Shown: positions 11,049 through 23,211 of the stretch, piece after piece
How positions within the stretch are numbered: position 1 is the first letter of the stretch
How the letters are laid out: each line of letters begins with the position of its first letter
Source: Zootoca vivipara
Lineage: Eukaryota
Length of the DNA: 64,000 nucleotides
Direction: 5' to 3'
Assembly: GCF_963506605.1 (NCBI RefSeq)
Contig: NC_083280.1
Location: forward strand, 41,850,001 to 41,914,000
Position numbers and translations under genes: made by a program
The notes under the pieces: generated by a model
Databases searched by the model: none
What the model was told of the DNA's origin: nothing
What the model saw: the letters and a program-made list of their open reading frames with translations, nothing else

Positions 11049-11173
11049 GTGCCAAGCTGTGCAAGCGTTTCCATCCAAAATATGCTGCCATGGGATTTCT
11101 TTTAATAGTGGCTATAATTGCTTTAATCACTGTGGCTGTCACGCAGAACAGTTCTGCCACCAAGAACAGAAAG
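11049..11173 (+). CDS. ENTPD1: ENTPD1 exon 2 (N-terminal tail and TM1)
   Basis: ttgcag|GT...AAG|gtaagt; (G)AKLCKRFHPKYAAMGFLLIVAIIALITVAVTQNSSATKNRK. Confidence 0.88.
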
Positions 11174-11532
11174 GTAAGTCACAGAAGAGCCTCCTGTGGA
11201 AGCACCGTGATTGGCTTAGGCCAGTGATTCCCTGCACTAGTGCAGTGTGGGAAGGGCTAATGTGAAAAATGAAGCATGTTGGATGCATCTACCACTCCCC
11301 GTGCAGGTTGGAAGAGAAATAATCCCTTCCTTTCTCCATCAGTTTACCGGTAGTGGCAACATTTTGAGGGAGGGAGCAAGGATGCGCTAGGATTCTCTTA
11401 TGCTATCCATTCTACAGCTACGGGGCAATCCCAGAAGGTTCATCATTGCCCACAAAGTAGGCTCCTTCACCTGTGTCCTGATTGGCTGGGCAAAGAGGAG
11501 GGTGGGTTACCAGGAAGCAACTTTGAATAATA

Positions 11533-11890
11533 CAGGTGAAACTCGGAAAATTAGAATATCATTGAAAAGTGCATTTATTTCAGTAATGCAACTTATTTTT
11601 TTATTTTTATTTTTACATATGCTTTCCTTTGGAAATTCCACAGTAATAAAACAAATAGTTACAATAATACCAAAATTAAAAAAAATATAAACATCGCTAT
11701 TACATTTCATTAATTACATTCCAAATTGACCCGCCTAGTGACAAATAATTACTATTACAACAAATAAAGGCTTGACATATCTTGCTTTGGATGTCGTGCA
11801 TCTATCTCATATATTGGTTTCACCTTTTAAGTTGCGTTATTGAAATAAATGCACTTTTTGACGATATTCTGATTTTCCGAGTTTCACCTG
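11533..11890. mobile_element. Tc1/mariner-type MITE
   Basis: TA TSD; roughly 60-bp TIR caggtgaaactcggaaaattagaatatc...gatattctgattttccgagtttcacctg. Confidence 0.85.
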
Positions 11891-12531
11891 TATAACCTGC
11901 ATTTGCAAGAAGGATACCTGGTCCATTCTTCTTATGTGTGATCTGCGAAAAGATATATGTATTTTTCAGAATAGAAGAGTAAAGAGTGCCTTCAAATTTC
12001 ATCCAGAAATAACGAAACACTTTTGCTCCAGATTTCTAAGGTTTTGTAAGCACTGGCTCGAGCTCTTGAGCTACAAGATACCACGACTCTTCGTGCCCCC
12101 TCCCTGCTGTGCTTTTATGGTCTGGTTGATTCATCTTTTCTACCAAACATCTCTGCTGCAGAATTTATCCTGCCCTATTCCCATGTCAAGTCAAATACCT
12201 TCCTATTGGTCACAATACAAAAAACCATCAGTGGAACTGTTAGTAATTCCTGCACGTAAAATTATCCTTCTCAATGTCTCTAGGTCCAGAGACAGGTGTG
12301 TCTTTAAAAACCTACCATGGCTTCTCATTGTAGCCCTGAGTATCTTACATTCAGCACACATGGACTTGTGTCTGAAACCACAATCATGTGAGCAGATCAC
12401 TCAAGAGTTTATAAAAGGTCCCAGATAGGCCATATTTGCAAATCTAAAGGATGCAATGATTTGAATCTAATTTATTTGCAAATACAACATTGATTGCAAA
12501 AAGATAGGAAATGAGAGGGGTATGTTTGCTT

Positions 12532-12567
<36 letters not shown>

Positions 12568-12699
12568 CCTGGCTTTTATGGTAGCTACGGTAGTAGAAAC
12601 AAATTGCAATTAAGTGCATAAACAGAAATGCGTCTCCATCACATCTTCCCAATATGCTGAGTTTTACTGAGCAAAATTGTGGTTTTGTTTCTTCTGCAG

Positions 12700-12817
12700 T
12701 ATGGGATTGTGCTGGACGCTGGTTCTTCTCACACTAACTTGTATGTATATGAATGGCCGGCAGAGAAGGAGAATGACACAGGAGTTGTGCAGCAGGTGCA
12801 TGTCTGTGAAGTGGATG
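12700..12817 (+). CDS. ENTPD1: ENTPD1 exon 3 (ACR1)
   Basis: [39 protein letters not shown](G); ctgcag|...|gtaaga. Confidence 0.97.
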
Positions 12818-12959
12818 GTAAGAAAGTGGGGAAGTTGGGGCTAATAGGATGATGAAATGATAGTGGAGTGAAGAGGACAGAACAGAACAGAACACAGCAC
12901 ACTCCAGACTAACTCCAGGCTAAAACTGGCTCACAAAAGTTCTGCGTTTTCTCTCCCAG

Positions 12960-13110
12960 GTCCAGGAATCTCAGGATATGCTGACCGTGTGGGAGAAGTT
13001 GGTGTCCCCCTAAGGCACTGCATGGATAAGGCAAAGGAGATAGTACCCAAAGAGAAACACCCAGAGACGCCAGTTTACTTGGGGGCAACAGCTGGCATGC
13101 GGCTGCTGAG
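12960..13110 (+). CDS. ENTPD1: ENTPD1 exon 4 (ACR2)
   Basis: GPGISGYADRVGEVGVPLRHCMDKAKEIVPKEKHPETPVYLGATAGMRLL(R); cccag|...|gtaaca. Confidence 0.97.
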
Positions 13111-13749
13111 GTAACAAAGAAGGATACAATCTGCACTCTTTGAAATATCATGTTCACTAGGGGTGAGATCGCAAATGACAGTTTTCAAAGGCTTCTTTGG
13201 AGTTGACAGGGATACTCAAACTTGGCCCAGTTTGTCTTTTCTTCCTCTCACCCCTGGGAAGATTTAGTTACATACTGGCACTGCGCAGTGTCTGCATTTC
13301 ACAAGCATGTCATTGCTGCCTTCAGTCCCTTGTTGTTTGCTCAGCTTGGTCCATATAGATGACAGTTCAAACCGGAACGTGTATCTCTGCCTGGACACAC
13401 TGATGCAAAGTGGTTTGCTTCCCCCTTGCCTAATTTGCTCTGTGTGCTTGGACCCCCAGCTTATAAAAGCAAGCGCAGGAAGGAGCACCATCTCTCCATT
13501 TCCTTCACTTACTATTCTACATTGTGATGCCCAGAGGTGTTGCCATAAGCTTTGGCTAAATCGGGATCTCCATAATGGCCATCATTCACTCACACAGCTA
13601 TTCTGTGCCCAATCCACAGTGCTAACGCTGCAATAGTTACGAAGATTATGAAGGCGAGACTTCCTCCTGGTGTATCAGGTGCTCTTGGTCAAGAAGCTAT
13701 GTGTGCAATAGAATGAAGGATGCTTCTGATTATGATTAAATGTGATTAT

Positions 13750-14130
13750 ATAATAATAATAATAATAATTTATTATTTATATCCCACCCACCTGGCTGAG
13801 TTTCCCCAGCCACTCTAGGCGGCTTCCAACAGAACATGAAAATACAATAATCTATTAAACATTAAAAGCTTCCCTAAACAGGACTGCCTTCAGATGTCTT
13901 CTAAAAGTCTGGTAGCTATTTTTCTCTTTGACATCTGATGGGAGAGTGTTCCACGGGATGGGCGCCACTACCAAGAAGGCCCTCTGTCAGCACCAACACT
14001 TTGAATTGTGCTCGGAAATGTACTGGGAGCCAATGTAGGTCTTTCAAGAGTTATGTGGTCTCGGCGGCAGCTCCCAGTCACCAGTCTAGTTGCCGCATTC
14101 TGGATTAATTGTAGTTTCCGGGTCACCTTA
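13750..14130 (-). mobile_element. L2-type LINE 3' fragment with (TAA)n tail
   Basis: (taa)n-tttattatttatatcccacccacctggctgagtttccccagccactctaggcggcttccaaca...; related copy at 53490-53640. Confidence 0.7.
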
Positions 14131-14628
14131 CAGGGGCTTCAACTGGATGACTGTTGGGTCCCTTCCAACTCTACAAGTCTATGATTCCGTGATACATTTT
14201 TGTCTGCTCCTGTTTTTAAAATCACATGGAAGGAGTATGGAAGGAGCCAGAAAAGGGCTGGAGGTGCCTGCCCTCGAACAATGTTAGATAAGCCAGATAT
14301 AAGTAAAATCTGCACCTTGCAAACCTCTCAGGTCATTCTTCATAATTTGCATGTCATATCCAAGCATCTGCTTTATCCATTGTCACAAACACGCACATCT
14401 TATATCATTTCTTGGCCACTTCCCAACATGCACTTTTAAAAAGCCAAAGAAGGAAATGGAACTATCAGACATCTGGCCTGAAGTAGCAGGGAACGCTGGC
14501 AGATTAATTTTTAAAAAAATTGTTGAACTGCTCTTTACCCAAACAGGTTCCAGGGCAGTGCTGAATGATAAAAATACAATATAATAAGACAGCATAACGT
14601 AACTCCTCTCCCTCTTTCCTACATGCAG

Positions 14629-14788
14629 ACTGGAGAACGAGAACACTGCTAAAAGTGTCCTCTCTGCAGTAGAGGAGACCCTGCGCTCATACCCCTTCCG
14701 TTTCCAGGGTGCCAGGATCCTCGCTGGTGAGGAAGAAGGTGCCTATGGCTGGATCACCATTAATTACCTGCTGGGCAACTTCAAAGAG
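14629..14788 (+). CDS. ENTPD1: ENTPD1 exon 5 (ACR3)
   Basis: [53 protein letters not shown]; atgcag|...|gtaacg. Confidence 0.97.
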
Positions 14789-15599
14789 GTAACGTGCCAT
14801 GTCAGAAAGGAAACACTGCTCCCTGAAGCTTGGCCATGGTGTATTTCCATTTTTAATAGTGATGACTCCTTACAGCAGGGACGGCAAAACTTGTGGCCAA
14901 GGGCTGCATGTGCCCTACAACCTCATTTCATGTTGGTGGCAGAGGAGTGGGGAGGATGGAAGCGGCAGAGAGAGAAGGAAAGGGAAAGTCCACCCCTTTT
15001 GACTCTGGTACCTGCCCACCAAGCAGCACATATCCCTCAAAAGATTGCCCCTAAAGGATCATGGCTCTTGTAAACAAAAAGAACAAGAAAAAGAAAAGAC
15101 TCTAGTGGCATCCAAACCTCCAAAACAATTGTTAAGAATGGAAATATAATGCATTGCTGCAAATATGACAAAGCATCTTCTTGTGCCACTTTTTAAAGAT
15201 GCACAGATTGACTGTGACATGTGCTTTTGTGGACGAGAAGCCTGAAGAAATGGGCTTCAATTTTTAAGGTGCCACAAGACTCTTTGCTAAAATACATTTT
15301 ACTAGCATGCTGAGTTAAGAAGTCTCCAACCCGCCCCGCCCCCTGCAATATAAACAAACTATTGTTGGCCTTCCCATACTGTATATCATACTTGAATGAT
15401 CCTTGGTTTCTCCCAACATGTCTATTCCTTCCTAACCCACTTCTTCCCTGTGCTAGCACACCTCTAACCATCTGATTGGCCTGACTCCATGCTTCCATTT
15501 TCCTGGATTGCATCCTGTGCCACGTTTCCCACAAGCTGGATCTTCTGTCCCTTGACAAGCTCATGCAGCTTCCTCCCATCTGGTGTGCTCTTTTTGCAG

Positions 15600-15836
15600 T
15601 CTATCTGGCCAAAATTCCTGCCCCGCATCTTCTTCAAAACTGGAACCATAGGGGCGCTGGACCTTGGGGGAGCTTCTACACAGATCACCTTCGTACCAGA
15701 CCAGGAGACGCTGGAGTCGCCAGCAGATACAGCAAACTTCTATCTCTACGGCAAACAGTACACTGTGTATACACACAGCTTTCTGTGTTACGGGAAGGAC
15801 CAAGCACTCCGGCTCAAGCTGCTCCAAGATATCGCA
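15600..15836 (+). CDS. ENTPD1: ENTPD1 exon 6 (ACR4)
   Basis: SIWPKFLPRIFFKTGTIGALDLGGASTQITF...YTHSFLCYGKDQALRLKLLQDIA; ttgcag|...|gtaagt. Confidence 0.96.
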
Positions 15837-16831
15837 GTAAGTTTGGGGGGACTCTTAAACTGCGTGCCCAGCTGAAAAGCCTGTTGTGTCCAGCTTTCAT
15901 CAATCTGAAGATTATTCTTGTTGCAATCATACTAAACCAGGAGCAGGTGAAGCAGGGTGGTGGCAAGGTCAAAGCTGTACAGGAACATTGGGAGGAACAG
16001 CAGACTGACTTGCACTGTCTACCTAAGCAGACTTGTCCCACTGCACCTATGACTTCTTCACTTAACAACCTACATTGGAGTGGGGAACCTTGTCCAGCCG
16101 CTGGGCAGATCCCACCTCCCCCATACTCTTGGGCCACTTTGGCATCATTCTGAATTGAGGTGACAAGTTTAAAGTGCCTTGTTCTCAGCACCAATCAGCT
16201 GATTGCTGCAGATGCTCCGTCCCACTTTGCCTGTCTACCTGCAAATGGACATTCTTCCTCTGCAGGCTAGAAAAACTGTCTGAAGAGCTTCTCTACAAAT
16301 GTCCACCTCTAGGTTGAATCCAAATGGCATCTGCCAACAGACAGCTTCAAAAGAGTTTGCAGTCAGCTCCACTCAGTGCTGTTAGAGAGCTTCAGTTTCC
16401 AAGGGATAATCAGGAATGCCATGTAAGCTCCTGATTGCTCCTTGGCAGCCACAAGTTTACCTGCCCATGCCAGACATCACAAATGTGGGGCAGATGAGTG
16501 TGGTTTGGGGAAAAATAGCCTTGCAGGTGAAATTAGGATCCCTGCTGGCCGAAATTAGCTCCTAGTCCAGAGGTTCCCAATGGCTGACCTACATGCATGT
16601 TTTTCAATATTTTTCCTGACATGCTTCCGTCTGTCCATCTGTTGGTGTTTTTGTTTTGTTAACTTGGTAATAAAGTAAAAAAAAAAGCAAAAAGCAAATA
16701 TAGTAACAATATGGATATTACTTGCTGTGAGCCTACTCCTGCCTATATCCAGGTTTTGCGTTGTCTTGTGTCATAACTAGTTGTCGGTGTGTGTAACTGC
16801 CCATCCACCCTTTTTCTTCTTTTCACTGCAG

Positions 16832-17092
16832 GACTCATCGAGTAGCAGAATCAGAGACCCATGTTTCCACCAAGGATATGAGAGGACTCTTAATATTTCT
16901 AACCTGTGCAAAAGCCCCTGCACAGCTCCAAGCATCACCCTACCCTGCTCCTCACAACTCCAAATTGAGGGCGCTGGAGATTATGAAAAGTGCCTGACAA
17001 GCATTGAGAAAATCTTCAATGTTGTCCACTGTCCTTACTCCAGCTGCTCATTTAATGATGTTTTCTTGCCTCCAGTATCTGGGGATTTTGGG
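16832..17092 (+). CDS. ENTPD1: ENTPD1 exon 7
   Basis: DSSSSRIRDPCFHQGY...CPYSSCSFNDVFLPPVSGDFG; ctgcag|...|gtgagt. Confidence 0.96.
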
Positions 17093-17533
17093 GTGAGTCC
17101 ATATAAGCACCTGCCTCTCTCCACCAGGGCAGAAACTGGTGGCTTTACCCTGGAGGAAGGACTTTTGGAGTGCAATTTGCCTTTCCCATTAGTATAGGCT
17201 TGTATTTAAACAGTAGCCTGGGAGCCATATGTGACCAGGAATTAGATGGAGGCAAAGGAAAGACGGATTCTTTCACTCTTCCCCTGACATCTTGCTTGGT
17301 TTCTCTGCTAGGTGCACCAGTTTGTTATCTTCCTCTGTCTGCCACTAGGTGGCAAAGTCCAGCTGAGCTACACTTAACCATACAAGAACATGAATGTTTC
17401 TTAGGATTTCATTAGCGCCCAGTTCAAGCAACAAATGACTTAGTGGCATAGAACAGCTACATGCGCAGCAGGAGAGAAGGCCTGCTGGGCATGAAGCATG
17501 GGGAGTGTCTATGGGGTCTACTGCTCTTGGATG

Positions 17534-17839
17534 CAGGGCCAGCTCTTCGTAGACCCCCGGTGGCGCAGGGCACCATGGCGCCGGCCCGCCAGGAGGGCGC
17601 CGCGAGCTGCGCCCGCCCGCTGGCCGGCTGGTCCGCCGGTCCGCTGCGCAGCTGCGTGCGGCGCCCACCTGCCCACCGTGCTGGGAAACGGGGCAGGAGG
17701 GCGCCGGAGAGATCGCGCTGTGCCTGCCCGGCCGCGCAGCAGCGCCGTGCCCACCCGCCCACCGCGCTGTGAAATGGGGCGGAAGGGCGCCGGAGAGATC
17801 CGGCGCACCATGGCGACAGGGGCGCTTAAGACGGCGCTG
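17534..17839. mobile_element. GC-rich hAT-type MITE, copy 2 (ENTPD1 intron 7)
   Basis: 8-bp TSD cttggatg (17526-17533, 17840-17847); ends cagggccagct...agacggcgctg. Confidence 0.85.
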
Positions 17840-18573
17840 CTTGGATGGGATGGGAACTCACAGCGGGAAGAGGGGCTGTCCCAGGTTCAATTCCTGGCAT
17901 CTCCAGGTAAAAGGAGCCTGCACCCAAAGATGTGAAAGGCAGAGCCACTGCCAGTCAGAGTAGACAATATTGAGCCAGATGAGTCAATAGTATAAAGCAG
18001 CTTCCTGCCTTCCCTCAGGAAAATATTGGGCCATTTATGGTGGAGACAGCAAGGAACTGCTGATAATAACAACAACTGATTAGTTAGTGAGCTAGAGATT
18101 AGCTATCTCTTCTGCTAAACATACCCCAAAGTAATGTACACAGCATAATCATGAAACCATACACCTACTCATAAAAGTACATGTACAGCCAACAAGCAAA
18201 CAACAAAGAGCATTTAACACACCGCCACCACCTAAAATCATCCAGGGTAGAAGATAAAATGGCAGCAATAAGCCTAGATGTTAGGCATAAAAGGTCTTTC
18301 AAAATAAAGATGTCTTCATTTTTGGTGAGAGAGATGCACTGGAGGCAGCCCAATTGACTTTGTTTGCTAGGCCACGTGGTGTTCTGTCTGTATGGAGAGC
18401 CGAGGGAGTTGTAGCCTTCTATCCTTTGCCCCGGAATAGATGAAGTAGGAGTTCATTATCTACAACCCATAGCCAACTCTCCCCCCAGACTAGTGAGGAC
18501 CGATGGAGGGAGAACCCTGGGCTCCATTTCATTTGCATTTTTTGCAAACAAGTTCATTTCTTTTGTTCTTCAG

Positions 18574-18681
18574 GCGTTTTCTGCATTCTACTACGTAATG
18601 AACTTTCTAAATGTGACGAAAAAGCCTATGGACCAAGTAACAGAAGAAATAAAGAACTTCTGCTCCAAATCCTGGAATCAG
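18574..18681 (+). CDS. ENTPD1: ENTPD1 exon 8
   Basis: AFSAFYYVMNFLNVTKKPMDQVTEEIKNFCSKSWNQ; cttcag|...|gtatgt. Confidence 0.96.
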
Positions 18682-19327
18682 GTATGTCATTTTTCCAAAC
18701 TGGGAGGAATATGAGTCCTGACTCTGAGGAGGTGTGGCTTCCAACTGGCATCATTCGTGGTTTGTTTGGTGGTGTGGAGCCACGCACCCAACACTAGCAT
18801 TGCTGTAGCCTTCCTGGGCAGATCTGCCCTTGCCCTGTCCCAGTCCTGTCTAGGCAATTTGCACCACTAGGGTAGTTGGGAGTGCAGCTCTTCCCCAGCA
18901 CACCAGCTGGTACTGGCATTAGCGCTGCTTGATGCACCAAATCCAAAATCAAATTGGCTGTAGAAGAGAAGCCCCACAGCCTCACTTGTCCTAACACAAG
19001 ATCTGCTGGATTTAAGAGCTATTTTTGCCAGTATATATACGTGTTCATGGAAGACAATCTTACTCGGCTACCAGTGATCACCAAAGAATATACACATACC
19101 GAGAGAGTGATAGCAATGTTTGTTAAATTTTGATGCTATTATTGTGAACCCCTTTAAGCGGAATACAAATATTAAAGCAAAATCACATCTATCTTTTTAT
19201 CTTTCTTTCTGTTGACACATGAAAGGGAACTTCATGTCATGGTTGACAACACACTTCAGTTACGGTTGTATAAATCTGGAAGAGGAAGATGCCTGGAAAT
19301 AAACTGTCTTCCTTTCTCTCTGTCCAG

Positions 19328-19465
19328 GTGAAGGCTGAATTTCCTGCAGTAAAGGAGAAGTACCTGAGTGAATACTGCTTCTCAGCGACTTACATTTTCT
19401 CGCTGCTCAGCCGGAGATACAACTTCACCATGGAGAAATGGCAGGGCATCCACTTCCTGGGGAAG
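19328..19465 (+). CDS. ENTPD1: ENTPD1 exon 9
   Basis: VKAEFPAVKEKYLSEYCFSATYIFSLLSRRYNFTMEKWQGIHFLGK; gtccag|...|gtatct. Confidence 0.96.
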
Positions 19466-19828
19466 GTATCTTGGCATGCAGAGACAGGAATGGCATGGGG
19501 TGGTGAGTGGGAGGGCTGGGAAGCACCCCTTCCTCATTGGTGGAGAGGGAGCTGCATACAGGCCCGCAATACCTCAAGGACCGCCTCTCCCCAAATGAAC
19601 CAAACCAGACTCATCAAGCATCATCTGAGACCCTTCCTGCAAGAGGCCTGGAAGGTGGCAACACAAGAACAGGCCTTTTCCGTGGTGGGATCTTTGGATG
19701 AGGGGTGGTGTACAGATTTAATTAACCATAATAAATGTGTCAATGCCCCCATTCCTCACTTCCCTTAGGGGTTCCTCTGTGCTTCTGCTGCGAGTGACCC
19801 TTCCCTCTTCTTTTCGTATCTATTTCAG

Positions 19829-20035
19829 ATTGGCAGCAGCGACGCCGGGTGGACTCTGGGCTACATGCTGAACCTCACCAACATGATCCCTGCGGAGCAA
19901 CCCTATACACACCCGCTGTCTCAGTCTAGCTATATTACCCTCATGGCCATCTGCTCCATTATGGTGGTGTGCCTGCTCGTCATAGGCTACGTGAGCTATC
20001 GCAAACCAAAGTGCCTGAAAAAGGAAGTAATTTAG
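19829..20035 (+). CDS. ENTPD1: ENTPD1 exon 10 coding part (ACR5, TM2, stop)
   Basis: IGSSDAGWTLGYMLNLTNMIPAEQPYTHPLSQSSYITLMAICSIMVVCLLVIGYVSYRKPKCLKKEVI*; tttcag| acceptor. Confidence 0.96.
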   Translation: MGSSDAGWTLGYMLNLTNMIPAEQPYTHPLSQSSYITLMAICSIMVVCLLVIGYVSYRKPKCLKKEVI

Positions 20036-20992
20036 AACTGGGGTTGGCCTAGCCCACAGCAAAAACACAGCAAGGACCGCTAGAGCCGAGTGTTCTGCTG
20101 AAATGGCTGACTTTGTACAAGGGCCTTCTGCTGCGCCACTTTCTCTAGCCACCGACAGATGCCAAGAGAGCAGCGTGCTTTCCTTCTGTCATCTTCCCCC
20201 ATCCTGGAGATCCGCCTCCCATCCTGATCCTTGGTGGGGGGAGGGGAGCTGATTGGTGTGGGGCTCACATGCTGTATTAAGAACACCTGCTTCTCTCAGG
20301 TCCACCCCTCTGTGCATTGCCTCAGCCCTAGAAATGAAACATGTGGGGGAGGGGGGCACCAAATAAAAAAGTGGCCGGCTGGACAGTGCAGGGACAGATT
20401 CTAGCCTGGAAGGACCAGCTGCTCTCAGGGTTCCACATCCTCTTTTGCTCCATTGGAAATGTCAACAGTCATTCATAAAAAATAAACAAAAAACATCCCG
20501 GAGGCACCTGTTACGTTCATGGCGAATCAGCTAGCACTTGCCATGTCATTTCCCAGGGAAGATCCCCTCTTCGAGACTTTTGACAAAACAGGCTACCTAC
20601 GTGGCTAATCGTCAGCCAGGAGAAAGCAGCGGAAATGCACCCTATCCAGAGAAGGCCTCAGAGCAAAAATGCATATTTCACAGAAATTAGTCGGTGAGAG
20701 AGGAACTCTTCCCCCAAGTGCCATGGCTGCTCTACCTGGGCAATAGCCCTTGTGCTGGCTGGTTGACTTGCCTGCTAATTGAATGGATTAGTCAAGGTGA
20801 TCTGCAGGCAGCCGCTCCCTATGGACTGTGTGGATTCTGAACATTGAGGCCTGACGTAGCACACTCCTCCTAAAGCATCCTCCTATGTCAACAGTATAGG
20901 TCTTTGGGAACAGTTAAACCCCAGCCTTGGCATCCTGGTCCAAATGAAACCAGCTATTCACTTTGCACACATGTGTACAGCTTTGTATTTGT

Positions 20993-21006
20993 ATTAAAAT
21001 ATTAAA
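20993..21006 (+). terminator. Candidate ENTPD1 polyadenylation signals (ATTAAA x2)
   Basis: gtattaaaatattaaag followed by T/GT-rich sequence. Proximal AATAAA alternatives lie at about 20362 and 20481. Confidence 0.45.
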
Positions 21007-22434
21007 GATGTTTTGATTAATGCCAGTGTAATTTTCTTGTCATTTTCCAAAGGAGGTGGGATGGGATGGTGCTATTAGAAGAGAAACCAATTGACCTTCA
21101 GAGAAAAAGGAATGACCTCACAGGCGGAGCAGGACTTGACCATACCTGCCATAGGTGGCAAGGCTTTATTGTATTTATAGTTTCTCAGCAAGGAGAAGAA
21201 AAGCGGTGTGGCGGTTATCTTTTTCCTTTCCCGTTGGCCAGTAATGTCATGAATCGGTGCAAAGGACTGGGAATTCAACATCCTAGTGCTAATGCACAAA
21301 AAGGTGGTAAGATTGATTCCCACAATTACAGGCTGAGGGCTCATCCAGACTTCTGCTTCTCCTAATACATTCCCCCAGGAAAACCTGATCTTTACCACTA
21401 AATCAGTGCAAACGCCAATTGGGTTTTCTGCTGATAAATGTTTGCTCTGATTCAGTGTTAAAAAGTGGGTTTTCCCAGGGAAAGCAGTGAGGCAAACAGA
21501 AAACCTCTGGGACCTGTGCCTAGAAAACATGGGCCAGGCAGAAAGCCATTTGGACCCATACTTTCTAGGAACAGGACAAGCAAGTTGGTGAGCCCTGATT
21601 AGCTGTTTGGATGCAGCCTTAAAAAAAGCAGACTATTTCCCCCCTTTATGATTTAGAAGCTCAGTAGAAAGGCAACAACTGACTGCAGATGAACAAGCAG
21701 ACTTCCAGAAAGGCAGCAGTACACTTGATTTGTTTTATCCCATCTGAGCACCAAATAAATGCAAGGTCTGAGGATCGCAGTGCTACAATCTCTGTCCAGT
21801 TTTGCGGCTGGGTGTGGCTGGCCCTGTAGGCTCATCAAGCAGCAGCACTTCTGGGGCATGTGCTATGTGCCAGTCCCCTTCTGGGTTTGAGTCCTCTGTT
21901 TCATTACCTGAAGAGAACTTAAGGTCCCTGACACTGAGTAAATCAGAGACAAGTATATTATCTGTTGTTGTACTCCGTCAGGGTGATCGTTTGGTATTGA
22001 GCTATCTTATCAAAGATGATGCTAAATTGTTGTTTTTTTAAATATAGTAAATGTCTATTATGCATCGTATTCCTTGTGCTGAATTTCACCTGAATTCTAT
22101 TTTTCTGTGTCAAGTTTTCCTTTTTGCAGTGACCTTTGGTTTCAGCAGATAAGGTATTGACTGGCAGACTGACTGAGCTTTACTCAAATGTGAAAGAGAA
22201 CTATTGATTACTCCCAGAAAACAATCTCATCCATTGATCCATGACCTGGGAAGACAGCCTTTCCACTCATCCCCCCCATCCCGGTCCATATCTGGAGAAT
22301 GATAGGAGGAGGGAGCCAAAGCGATCTTTCTTCCAGCTGAGATAGCTAAGGGAACCAAATTAATAATGATGAACAACATTGTTTAAAAGTGGTAATAAAG
22401 TTGTTTTAAACTGGCTGGCTAAACTAGGTGAGGG

Positions 22435-22683
22435 TAGCTGATGGGTCTCAAACCCTCAGTGAGTTAGGAAGTCCCCCTGCATGTGAAGACAGGCCCTGGA
22501 AGGTTTAGTGGATGAGACCAATAGTGGGTCCAATGTTTGAGAAGGTGGTTACTGCACATGCAGTAGATGGAACAGTGAGGCAGCCCATCTAGGAGAAGAA
22601 AAGCTCTGATCCTAAACCTTTGCTGCCTTGGGGCTATACTAATTCGTGAGAAAGGTTTCAGGAGCAAACCTGGAGGAAAAATC
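22435..22683 (+). mobile_element. Possible RTE-clade 5' UTR fragment
   Basis: gcagcccatctaggagaagaaaagctctgatcctaaacc...caggagcaaacctggaggaaaaatc resembles RTE 5' UTRs as I recall them; not verified. Confidence 0.35.
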
Positions 22684-23185
22684 TGTACCCACTGTTTTGC
22701 AGGACAGAAGAAAAGGCTAAGAGTACCGTAAATCTCCACTTCAAGGGAGACAGATTGTCCTGTCCTCTGCCCTAGGCCACATTCAGTCTGCAAGGCACCT
22801 TATTTGACACACTGTTAGTTTGCTGCTTCTTGTTTTAGTCCATGATGGAGCTGTGGCATTTCAATCCGCCTGCCATACCAGGGCTTAATTTCTAAAAACA
22901 AAGATGCCATGGCCCATGCTGGCTGTGCTTTGGAAGCCCTGCGCCTTAATCCTGAAAAAGTGGTGTGACAGTTCCTCAGTAGAGACAGGGAGGCACGCTC
23001 TGTGCTCAGAGGTGCTTTTCTTTATAGTCCCAAGTCTCAGGTCTGGAGCTGAAAAATGGCCAAGTCCTGGCACAACTGGAGCCCTCGGCAGAAGATGCCT
23101 CAGCTCCTGAATGCGCCCCTTGTTTGTGAGCGTTTTGATCAGGTTCCTCCTGGCCTGCAATGAGAGTCAGGCAGTTTTAGGCCCC

Positions 23186-23211
23186 TGTTTACCCTCGAGT
23201 TAATAAATGAA
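23186..23211 (+). promoter_or_regulatory. FOXA (TGTTTAC) plus HNF1-like (GTTAATAAATGAA) liver module upstream of CPN1
   Basis: Adjacent motifs at 23186-23192 and 23199-23211, about 340 bp upstream of the CPN1 ATG. CPN1 is a liver-secreted plasma enzyme. Confidence 0.5.

Larger units (their letters stand above)
11049..20035 (+). other. ENTPD1: ENTPD1 (CD39, NTPDase1) gene span, coding exons 2-10; exon 1 not located
   Basis: Manual splice: join(11049..11173,12700..12817,12960..13110,14629..14788,15600..15836,16832..17092,18574..18681,19328..19465,19829..20035). All introns are GT-AG and phases are consistent. All five apyrase conserved regions are intact. Both TM segments are present. VKEKYLSEYCFS and NMIPAEQP point to ENTPD1 rather than ENTPD2/3/8. 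Confidence 0.95.
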
